Shown piece after piece: positions 50,799-58,634 of a DNA stretch of 64,000 nucleotides. Source of the DNA: an uncultured Nisaea sp. (GTDB taxonomy: Bacteria; Pseudomonadota; Alphaproteobacteria; Thalassobaculales; Thalassobaculaceae); assembly GCA_964342575.1 (NCBI GenBank), contig CAYFGZ010000001.1:6310-70309 (forward strand), given 5' to 3'. Under the pieces are notes generated by a model, which did not search any database, was not told the origin of the DNA, and saw only the letters and a list, made by a program, of their open reading frames with translations. Each line of letters opens with the position of its first letter. Position 1 is the stretch's first letter. Both the position numbers and the translations under genes were made by a program.

Positions 50799-53343
50799 TA
50801 ACGATTCGATTCGGCACAATAACTACATTGCGAATGTCTTTATCCATTATCGATTTTTGCACGTTTTCGAGTTCAAACGCGAGCTTTTTTATCAGCTCCT
50901 CGGAAGAATCTCTGGGCAACTGGATTTCACCTCGCAGCTTGCCGTTAACTTGGACAGCAATCTTAACTAAATCGTCAATAACAAGTGCTTCATCGTAATT
51001 TGGCCAAGGTTCTTCTCGAAGCAAAGTTACGTGGCCCAGTTGCTGCCATATCTCCTCGGCTATATGTGGAGTCATAGGCTCTATCATCCGCAACAGGGTT
51101 TCATAGCCTTTATACATGGCGGCGGCGGCGCTACGGTCCGAAGGAACGAAGTTAACTAAGCAGTTGGTTAGTTCTCTTAGTTGCGCAACAGCGCTATTGA
51201 AACGCCAGCGTTCAATGCTTTCGGTAACTGATTTTATAGTCTTGTGGATGGTTTTGGTGAGTTCAGTAGCTTGCGCCGACTCCTTATCGGGGGGATTATC
51301 GATGGGTAGATGGTTTTCCCTGAATTTTAAGATACTTCGCCATAGTTTATTTAGATACCGCCACGCTCCGTCGACACCCGCTTCTGTCCATTCAAGGTCC
51401 CTTTCTGGAGGGGAGTCTGAGAGCATGAAAAGCCTTGCTGTATCGGCGCCATAAGCTTCAATAATGGCTTCTGGGTCCACGACGTTTCGGCGAGACTTGC
51501 TCATTTTTTCAATGCGGCCGACCTCTACTCGTTCACCGGTTTCTAAGTTCACTAGCTTTCCCGAATCATCCTTTTTTACTTGCGACGGGAAAAGCCAACC
51601 TGACGAGTCACTATATGTTTCATGACAGACCATTCCTTGGGTCATTAGCCCGGCGAAAGGCTCGTCTATATCTAGATAACCGCATTTGCGGAGGGCCCTT
51701 GTAAAAAACCGTGAGTACAAAAGATGCAACACAGCGTGCTCTACACCGCCAATGTATTGATCCACGGGGAGCCAATAACTGGCTGAGGCTGGATTAAAGG
51801 CCGTTGCTCCCTTGGGATCACAGAATCGGGCGAAATACCATGAGGATTCAAAAAAAGTGTCAAAAGTATCAGTTTCTCTCCGCGCCGCGCTGTTGCATTT
51901 GGGGCAAATAGTTTCCTTCCATGTCGGATGGTTTTCGAGAGGATTTCCCGTTTTCTCGAAGTCAACGTCCTCGGGAAGTGCTACTGGAAGTTGCCGGTCG
52001 GGAACCGGCACACATCCGCAATGCTCACAATGAATTATTGGAATGGGACAACCCCAGTAACGTTGTCTCGAAACCCCCCAGTCTCGAAGACGGTAGGTGA
52101 TTCGTGGACCGCCGCGTCCTTCCTTAGAAAGGCGTTCTACCACCTGGCTTTTTGCTTCTTCAATTGTCAAACCATCCAAAAAATGAGAGTTATATAATTT
52201 TCCACTCCCCACAAAAGCCTCTGAGTAAATTTTAAAGGAGGCAGGATCCTGATCGTCCGGTATTACCACTGGCTTTACAGGTAATGAGTATGACCGGGCA
52301 AAGTCTAGGTCCCTTTGATCATGAGCGGGGCACCCAAAGATAGCCCCCGTGCCGTATTCCATAAGCACAAAATTTGCCACATAGAGTGGGAGTTTTAGGT
52401 CTTTTATAAATGGATGCATTACTCGTAAGCCCGAGTCATATCCTCTCTTCTCGGCCGTCTCTATATCTGCTTCGCTGGTACTTAATTTATTGCATTCAGC
52501 AATAAACTCAGCTAGCCCCTTGTCTTTTTTGGCCGTAGCGCTGGCTAAAGGGTGGTTTGCGGCGATAGCGCAAAAAGATGCTCCGAAAATAGTATCTGGT
52601 CGGGTAGTAAAGACTTCTAGACGATTTTCTTCTCCCACAATGTCGAAAAAAATCTGTGCACCTTCGGAGCGGCCGATCCAGTTGTGCTGCATCAATTGAA
52701 CTCGAGCAGGCCAACGATCTAGTGAATTGATGGCTTGTAAAAGGTCTTCTCCATACTCAGTTATTTTAAGAAACCACTGGGATAGCAATCGCTTTTCGAC
52801 GGTGGCACCGGATCGCCACCCTTTTCCGTCAATAACCTGCTCGTTTGCAAGCACGGTATTTTCTGCGGGATCCCAATTAACCCAACTTTCCTTACGGTAC
52901 GCTAATCCATTTTTAACGAAGTCGGTAAACATTTTCTGTTCGTGTTTGTAGTAATCCGGAGAACAGGTTGTAATCTCGCGGTTCCAATCGTAGGAGAGAC
53001 CCATCCCCTGAAGTTGTTGGCGCATCGATTCTATATTCTCATAGGTCCATTTTGCTGGATGAACATCGCGTTCTAGTGCAGCATTTTCAGCTGGAAGCCC
53101 AAAAGCATCCCACCCCATAGGGTGAAGAACGTTAAACCCTCGGGCTTTTTTATATCTAGCAACCAGGTCCCCTAGCGTGTAATTGCGAACGTGCCCCATA
53201 TGTATTCGGCCGGAGGGATAAGGGAACATTTCCAAAACATAGAACTTCGGAAGCTGTGGATTTTCGCTGACGGAAAACGCCGATGTCTCGGCCCAAACGC
53301 GCTGCCATTTCTGTTCAGTTTCTCGAAAGTTATAACGCATCAT
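50785..53343 (-). CDS. leuS: leucine--tRNA ligase
   Basis: It has the HIGH-type motif [15 protein letters not shown] and the KMSKS motif, and is 852 aa long. Confidence 0.98.
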   Translation of the reverse strand: MMRYNFRETEQKWQRVWAETSAFSVSENPQLPKFYVLEMFPYPSGRIHMGHVRNYTLGDLVARYKKARGFNVLHPMGWDAFGLPAENAALERDVHPAKWTYENIESMRQQLQGMGLSYDWNREITTCSPDYYKHEQKMFTDFVKNGLAYRKESWVNWDPAENTVLANEQVIDGKGWRSGATVEKRLLSQWFLKITEYGEDLLQAINSLDRWPARVQLMQHNWIGRSEGAQIFFDIVGEENRLEVFTTRPDTIFGASFCAIAANHPLASATAKKDKGLAEFIAECNKLSTSEADIETAEKRGYDSGLRVMHPFIKDLKLPLYVANFVLMEYGTGAIFGCPAHDQRDLDFARSYSLPVKPVVIPDDQDPASFKIYSEAFVGSGKLYNSHFLDGLTIEEAKSQVVERLSKEGRGGPRITYRLRDWGVSRQRYWGCPIPIIHCEHCGCVPVPDRQLPVALPEDVDFEKTGNPLENHPTWKETICPKCNSAARRETDTFDTFFESSWYFARFCDPKGATAFNPASASYWLPVDQYIGGVEHAVLHLLYSRFFTRALRKCGYLDIDEPFAGLMTQGMVCHETYSDSSGWLFPSQVKKDDSGKLVNLETGERVEVGRIEKMSKSRRNVVDPEAIIEAYGADTARLFMLSDSPPERDLEWTEAGVDGAWRYLNKLWRSILKFRENHLPIDNPPDKESAQATELTKTIHKTIKSVTESIERWRFNSAVAQLRELTNCLVNFVPSDRSAAAAMYKGYETLLRMIEPMTPHIAEEIWQQLGHVTLLREEPWPNYDEALVIDDLVKIAVQVNGKLRGEIQLPRDSSEELIKKLAFELENVQKSIMDKDIRNVVIVPNRIVNVVA

Positions 53344-53402
53344 TCGGGTGACTATTCCTCTTGGTTGGCCGTCCTGGCGGTTTGGTTATAAGACGTTTGG
53401 CT

Positions 53403-53942
53403 CTATTTAACCTGAGGGGCAGAGCTTATTCGTAATTGTCTCGCACGAGTTAAAATAGAATCCTCCAATTCGCGATCCAGATCACTGCTTGTAGACGAAT
53501 CAATCCAACTTTCGTTAGAGGCCCTGACCTGTTTGAATAGCTTGGCTCTGACGCCATCCGATCTCAATGCCTTGCCAAGTATGAATAAATTTATTTTGAA
53601 TCGTTCGCCCTCGGATCCCGGGGGAGCATACCAATCTGTAATGATCACTCCACCGAAGGGGTCCGCCGAAACAAGTGGCATAAAGGCGATGGTATCCAGC
53701 GCCGCCCGCCATAGGAAACTGTTTACTCCAATGCCTGCGCTACCCTCGTTGCGTTCTGATAATCCCCCATCATTTTGAAACAACGTTATCCCATCAGATC
53801 CAAAGATGCTTTGGTGCTTTTCATAGGTAGGTATCCCCCCTGGCCCTGTTCGAGGGTAGCTGTACTCAATGTTAGAGCCCTCACACCCCAATAAGAAAAC
53901 AATAAAACTACCTAATATTGAGAACCGCACAGTTCGTTTCAT
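53403..53942 (-). CDS. DUF3576-like lipoprotein
   Basis: It has a signal peptide with the lipobox FLLGCEG. Its position immediately upstream of leuS is typical for this family in alphaproteobacteria; that point is from memory and unverified. Confidence 0.6.
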   Translation of the reverse strand: MKRTVRFSILGSFIVFLLGCEGSNIEYSYPRTGPGGIPTYEKHQSIFGSDGITLFQNDGGLSERNEGSAGIGVNSFLWRAALDTIAFMPLVSADPFGGVIITDWYAPPGSEGERFKINLFILGKALRSDGVRAKLFKQVRASNESWIDSSTSSDLDRELEDSILTRARQLRISSAPQVK

Positions 53943-54202
53943 GACCTCGGTTTCCATCCATTGCAATGCGTCGCTGAAATCTCTTTTAGCGTTTTGTTAA
54001 TAAAGACACAATTCAATATGACACTTTGGTTTCCAAAAGTATTTAATTGCTGATAAAATCGCCTAGAAATTCGGGTCAACAATTTAAAATTAGAAGCATC
54101 GACTAGTGATCAAGATTTATAGACTATTTCTCGGATGCCTGTGGGTTGTGTGACATTTATGGTACACTGCAGTGTTTTTGCACCAGATACGGCGATCAGG
54201 GT

Positions 54203-54232
54203 TTGACGTGAAGCCTCGAAACACAGTATTTT
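54203..54232 (+). promoter_or_regulatory. possible sigma-70 promoter of the porin gene
   Basis: The sequence is TTGACG-N17-GTATTT (or N18-TATTTT), about 95 nt upstream of the ATG. Confidence 0.3.
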
Positions 54233-54241
54233 CGCCTCAAT

Positions 54242-54285
54242 TGGAGAGATTCTATGGCGGTGATCGCCATTATTTGAACTCTCCA
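54242..54285 (+). promoter_or_regulatory. nested stem-loop in porin 5' leader
   Basis: An outer stem TGGAGAG/CTCTCCA (7 bp) encloses an inner hairpin ATGGCG-GTGAT-CGCCAT (6 bp). Confidence 0.35.
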
Positions 54286-54327
54286 GATTAACCGGCCAGT
54301 TTATGGCCTTTTAGGGAGAAGATAAGT

Positions 54328-55461
54328 ATGAAGAAAATTCTTCTAGGTTCAACCGCAATCGTTGCCGCGGGCATGATTGCGTCTGCTCCAGCAAGTGCTG
54401 CGAGCAAAATCAAAATAGGTGTTGGCGGTTACATGGAGCAGTGGGTTGGTTACGTCAGTAACGACGATGGTACCGACCAGGATTTCAGTGGCTTCGATGT
54501 AAAGTCTGACGCTGAAATTAACTTCAAAGGCAGTACAAAGCTCGATAATGGCTTGTCAGTTGGAGTTAATGTTCAGCTCGAAGCTAACCATAACGGTGGT
54601 GACCAAATTGACGAATCCTACATCATCCTGAAGGGTGGTTTCGGGGAAATCAATATTGGTTCCGAAAACTCGGCTCAGTATAAGATGCACTACGCGCCAT
54701 CTGACTTTGGTATTGGCATGAACTCTGGTGACGAAAGTTCCTGGGTGGCCACTATCCAGGATGCTGATGGAGACAGTGTTAGCAAAGGCGGCATGTTCCG
54801 TGCACCAATGGGTTCTACCTATGTTGAAGTCACACGAGCGAACGACTCGGAGAAGATCACCTACTACACGCCACGTGTAGAAGGTTTTCAACTCGGTGTT
54901 TCGTACTCGCCTGACTCCAATCAGGATGCAAATGCTCAGCCAAACCGTGATGCGGTAAACTCTGACCTTGTAATGGTAGGAGCAAACTTCAAGCGAAACA
55001 TGGGCGGCATGTCAATTGGAGTGTCAGCTGGCTACGGTACAGTAACCGATGCACCGGCAGCTCCTGGCAGTCTGGAACCATCAGCGATGAACTTTGGCGT
55101 CAAAATTGGCATGGGCGGAATGAGCGCAGGTGTCAGTATGGCTAGCTTTGAAGACCACGGTGCTCAGGATGGTACATCCATGAACGCTGGTGTAGCCTGG
55201 TCGTCTGGACCAATGGGTGTAAGTTTTGCTTATCTCCATGGTGAACGTGACGGTACGGGGACTACGGGTGCTGGTGATCTAGACGGTCAAGCCGAAGCTG
55301 ATGTATTTCATCTATCAATGAAATATTCTCTCGGCGGCGGTGTAACGTGGGCTGGTACGCTAGGCCACGCGACCTTTAGTTCTGACGATGTTGACATAGA
55401 TAATACTGTCGATTCGGTCAGCGCTACTTATGTTGTTACGGGCATTAAGATCGGCTTCTAA
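54328..55461 (+). CDS. outer-membrane general porin
   Basis: It has a signal peptide ending ASA-AS, an alternating beta-strand pattern rich in G/S/Y, and a C-terminal Phe (GIKIGF). Confidence 0.8.
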   Translation: MKKILLGSTAIVAAGMIASAPASAASKIKIGVGGYMEQWVGYVSNDDGTDQDFSGFDVKSDAEINFKGSTKLDNGLSVGVNVQLEANHNGGDQIDESYIILKGGFGEINIGSENSAQYKMHYAPSDFGIGMNSGDESSWVATIQDADGDSVSKGGMFRAPMGSTYVEVTRANDSEKITYYTPRVEGFQLGVSYSPDSNQDANAQPNRDAVNSDLVMVGANFKRNMGGMSIGVSAGYGTVTDAPAAPGSLEPSAMNFGVKIGMGGMSAGVSMASFEDHGAQDGTSMNAGVAWSSGPMGVSFAYLHGERDGTGTTGAGDLDGQAEADVFHLSMKYSLGGGVTWAGTLGHATFSSDDVDIDNTVDSVSATYVVTGIKIGF

Positions 55462-55482
55462 TAACGTAAGACACAAGTTAGG

Positions 55483-55513
55483 AAGAGGCTGCCTTTTGGC
55501 AGCCTCTTTTTTA
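55483..55513. terminator. bidirectional rho-independent terminator between porin and sulfotransferase 1
   Basis: The sequence AAGAGGCTGCC-TTTT-GGCAGCCTCTT forms an 11-bp perfect stem. A T-run follows on the + strand, and only a short AA on the other side. Confidence 0.9.
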
Positions 55514-55527
55514 TCTCAACTTCTTAT

Positions 55528-56355
55528 CTACGTTAAATAACCCAACATTTTCATTACACGACCGTGTTTCCCCGTGATTCGTTCGATCTGCTGACTCGAT
55601 AATTGCTCTTTCCACGACCCCGATTTGCCTTGTCGGAAAAAACGGTCAGCATGGGGGGGGCGCTCGCTAAAGCCGGAAGCATTCTCTTGCTTAGCAAGTT
55701 CCGTGAATGATGAAAACTGGATCGCGCGAGACAGTCTTTCCTCTACGATTTGAGTTCCAAGGGCTCTGAGCACCTTGGAAAACTCCTCTAGCGGGTTAGT
55801 AAGAAGGTCCTCGTAGCGGATAAGAAGACTGGGGAGCTGGTCATTTTGTAGCCAGGAAGTAACATGTTTTTCCCAGCTTCCGATAAAGGTGAGGACATTG
55901 TAGTTAACTTGTAACGTAGCATTTTGGTCACTTGCCATAAGGTTGATAGCATCGTCGAGGTTCAATCCCAAGTGCGCCGCATATGATGACGCCAGGTCGA
56001 GCGGGTTCCGGACCAAATATATGGCTCCTTTAGATACAAGTGGGTTTATGAGTTGATGGTCAGCCCAGATGGTATTCTGGCTGTGGGTTTTGACAAAATG
56101 ATCATGAGGCTTAAAATTTGCGATTAGCTCCTGTGCACGTCCTCTAAGTTCTACAGTTTCTATGTCCGAAAGTTCCTCCACGGGCCTTCCTGCGGCTTCC
56201 TGAAAAAACCTGGGGCGCGTGTCACTGAGTGTGAAAGCTCGCAGGTCCTCGATCTGGAAGGGTTCCTTCGTGTTCATCACATAGTTGGCAAGGAAAGCAC
56301 GCATCCAAGTGTTCCCGGACTTTGGAAAAGAGGCAATCCAAATGATCTTACCCAT
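55528..56355 (-). CDS. cytosolic-type (Sulfotransfer_1-like) PAPS-dependent sulfotransferase, copy 1
   Basis: It has the 5'-PSB loop FPKSGNTW, catalytic FVKTHS, the 3'-PB VRNPLDLASSY and the C-terminal FFRQGKSGSWKEQL. Confidence 0.85.
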   Translation of the reverse strand: MGKIIWIASFPKSGNTWMRAFLANYVMNTKEPFQIEDLRAFTLSDTRPRFFQEAAGRPVEELSDIETVELRGRAQELIANFKPHDHFVKTHSQNTIWADHQLINPLVSKGAIYLVRNPLDLASSYAAHLGLNLDDAINLMASDQNATLQVNYNVLTFIGSWEKHVTSWLQNDQLPSLLIRYEDLLTNPLEEFSKVLRALGTQIVEERLSRAIQFSSFTELAKQENASGFSERPPHADRFFRQGKSGSWKEQLSSQQIERITGKHGRVMKMLGYLT

Positions 56356-56370
56356 GCCGCCGACCGCCCT

Positions 56371-56437
56371 TTATATTATCTTGGCCGAGTAATTTGTTAG
56401 GTAAAAGCAGCCTTCTTTTCCTCCCAAGAAAATATAG
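56371..56437. repeat. imperfect inverted repeat in the divergent sulfotransferase/oxygenase promoter region
   Basis: TTATATTATCTTGG (56371-56384) pairs with CCAAGAAAATATAG (56424-56437). That gives 12 Watson-Crick pairs, 1 GU and 1 mismatch, with a 39-nt spacer. Confidence 0.45.
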
Positions 56438-56550
56438 TACAATGGTGCTACTTGTGAAAGTTTTTCTGAACAACTGCAATTGCCTAAATAATACAGAATG
56501 CAGTATGACTTAAATTACCCCAAACACGTAAGTTTTTTTGGAGCGGCACA

Positions 56551-57747
56551 TTGGAAAGTTTTAATTATAATGATTTGTTCAAGAAACTTGATCGAAGAGA
56601 ATTCCTCGACAACTATCACGACAAAAAACCCTATTTTGAGCAGGGGGCTATCAAGGATGTCGGCGCGATTTTCTCCTGGGCGGATCTCAATGACCTATTT
56701 AATAGGCCAAAGCTCTGGACAGGGGATATGATAGAATTAGGAATAGAGGGGAATTTGGTGCCACCAGCTCAATATTGTAAATATGGAATGAGTCGAGTGG
56801 GCGACCAGGTTCTTCGGCCAGACGGTCAGCGAATCAATCATTTCTTGCGTCAGGGTGCTACGTTGGTTCTGGATTACTTAGAGGGTATTCACCCCGGCGT
56901 TCGAGGGGTGGCGAACTGTATAGAACGGTTAACCGGGACTGTCACATCCTCGAATGCGTATTGCTCTTGGCAAGGCGTGAAAGGCTATGCGTCTCATTTC
57001 GATACGATGTGTGTTTTCGCAATTCAGATAGAGGGGGAAAAGACCTGGAATCTCTATAAGGGCCGAGTGAACGAGCCTATGGAAATTCCCGGCTCTAGCC
57101 CCTCTGAGTTTTCCATAGAACAACATAATTCCCAGAAAGGACCACTTGACCAACAAATATTGATGAAACCAGGTGACATCCTCTATCTCCCTAGAGGGTT
57201 ATATCATGACGCACTGGCAACGGACACGGCTTCTCTTCACTTGTCCTTTGGTGCGACATATCTTGCCGGGTTTACAGCCGTTAGTATGCTGGTGCAGGAA
57301 ATGCAACGAGAGGAATTTTTTCGTAAGCGGCTGCCCCATTTCGACGACCAAGCCGAGCTCTCAAAATATCTGACAGAAGTTGGCAGCGCTGCAGCCAAAC
57401 GCATGGCCGATCCGGCGTACCATGAACGGGTAGCGAATCATATGAGGCAGAATTTAGGAGATAAGGTTTCTGGGCAGCGGCTCCCAATTCGAGACGCAGA
57501 CCGATGTTATATGACGACGCGACATGAGCCTAAGCTGATTAGAAGGGGACAAAAGTACAATCTAGTACATCAAGGAGTGGCAATGGAAATATTGCAAGAA
57601 AACGTTACTGTCGTTAAGGATATACTCAGCAGGGAAGTGTTCTGGCTGTCGGAAATAACGAATCTAGAATCTGGGCTAGACAAAGGTTTGAACCAGCTAT
57701 TGAAGGATTTAGTTAATCACAAGATTATTTGGCGATTAGCTGGCTAA
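56551..57747 (+). CDS. JmjC/cupin-4 family Fe(II)/2-oxoglutarate-dependent oxygenase
   Basis: The facial triad candidates are SHFD (HxD) and LPRGLYHD, and the double-stranded beta-helix segment VFAIQIEGEKTWNLY...PGDILYLPRG is present. A ~130 aa C-terminal extension resembles ribosomal-oxygenase-type proteins. The TTG start has GGAG 7 nt upstream. Confidence 0.75.
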   Translation: MESFNYNDLFKKLDRREFLDNYHDKKPYFEQGAIKDVGAIFSWADLNDLFNRPKLWTGDMIELGIEGNLVPPAQYCKYGMSRVGDQVLRPDGQRINHFLRQGATLVLDYLEGIHPGVRGVANCIERLTGTVTSSNAYCSWQGVKGYASHFDTMCVFAIQIEGEKTWNLYKGRVNEPMEIPGSSPSEFSIEQHNSQKGPLDQQILMKPGDILYLPRGLYHDALATDTASLHLSFGATYLAGFTAVSMLVQEMQREEFFRKRLPHFDDQAELSKYLTEVGSAAAKRMADPAYHERVANHMRQNLGDKVSGQRLPIRDADRCYMTTRHEPKLIRRGQKYNLVHQGVAMEILQENVTVVKDILSREVFWLSEITNLESGLDKGLNQLLKDLVNHKIIWRLAG

Positions 57748-57768
57748 TCTCGAAAATGGAGATAGATT

Positions 57769-58614
57769 GTGAGCGGCATTATTTGGTTAGCCTCCTATCC
57801 TAAGTCGGGAAATACTTGGCTTAGGATTTTCATTGAAAATTTGTTTCGGAATACCCATGTTCCAGCGAATATTAACGAATTAGGGGTTGTAAAATATACA
57901 GATAATTCGTACTCGCTGTATGAAAAAGTAGTAGGGCACTCAATAATAGGTCAGGAAGATCACCAGCTGCATGGATACAGAAAAGCGGTGCAGGATTACC
58001 TAGGTAGCCAAACGCAAACCATTTTTGTTAAGACACATAACGCCTTACTGGTACATGAGGGTTCTCCCCTTATCCATATGGAAAATACCGTGGGAGCTGT
58101 GTACCTTCTTCGGAATCCCTTCGATATGGTAGTTTCATTTGCACATCACTATCGAATAACATACGACGAAGCTATCCAAGCGATAGCATCCCCCTATCAC
58201 CGTATAAACACCACACAGCAGGGTCTTTTTCAGATTCTAGGAGGTTGGACCAATCATTATAACAGCTGGTTTGGGGTCGAAAATTTTAACCCACTTTTTA
58301 TTCGGTATGAGGATATGATCCGAAATCCAGTGAAAACTTTTGGGAAGTTTATGAAGTTTTTGGGATTACCAAAAAACCCGCAGCGGCTAAAACGGGCGAT
58401 TTCTAACAGCTCATTCGAGGAGGTTTCCGACCAAGAGGCGAGAAATGGATTTGGAGAACGTTCCCGGCCAGACCAAACGTTTTTTAGGACAGGAAGAGTT
58501 GGGGCCTACAAAAAGGTTCTGTCTGAAACGCAAATTAGTCGAATCATTGAAACCCAGTCTGATTTGCTCCTTGAAAAAGGTTATATATGTAAAGACGGAA
58601 AACCAAAGGTGTAA
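57769..58614 (+). CDS. cytosolic-type (Sulfotransfer_1-like) PAPS-dependent sulfotransferase, copy 2
   Basis: It has YPKSGNTW, FVKTHN, LRNPFDMVVSF and FFRTGRVGAYKKVL, and is clearly paralogous to 55528-56355. The GTG start has GGAG 7 nt upstream. Confidence 0.85.
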   Translation: MSGIIWLASYPKSGNTWLRIFIENLFRNTHVPANINELGVVKYTDNSYSLYEKVVGHSIIGQEDHQLHGYRKAVQDYLGSQTQTIFVKTHNALLVHEGSPLIHMENTVGAVYLLRNPFDMVVSFAHHYRITYDEAIQAIASPYHRINTTQQGLFQILGGWTNHYNSWFGVENFNPLFIRYEDMIRNPVKTFGKFMKFLGLPKNPQRLKRAISNSSFEEVSDQEARNGFGERSRPDQTFFRTGRVGAYKKVLSETQISRIIETQSDLLLEKGYICKDGKPKV

Positions 58615-58634
58615 AAAAATGTATTACAAAAACA

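Noticed and set aside
56442-56513. A 23-codon ORF (MVLLVKVFLNNCNCLNNTECSMT) lies in the sulfotransferase/oxygenase intergenic region and could be a Cys-rich precursor peptide.
   Set aside because: It has no Shine-Dalgarno sequence upstream, no Tyr, Ser or Thr-rich acceptor pattern, and no leader-like region. Conservation cannot be assessed here, so it is most likely chance.
56498-56731. A 77-aa ORF (MQYDLNYPKH...) overlaps the start of the JmjC gene. Its Tyr residues next to Asp are faintly reminiscent of tyrosine-sulfation sites.
   Set aside because: It overlaps the oxygenase gene out of frame for most of its length and has no RBS. The oxygenase TTG start with GGAG explains the region better.
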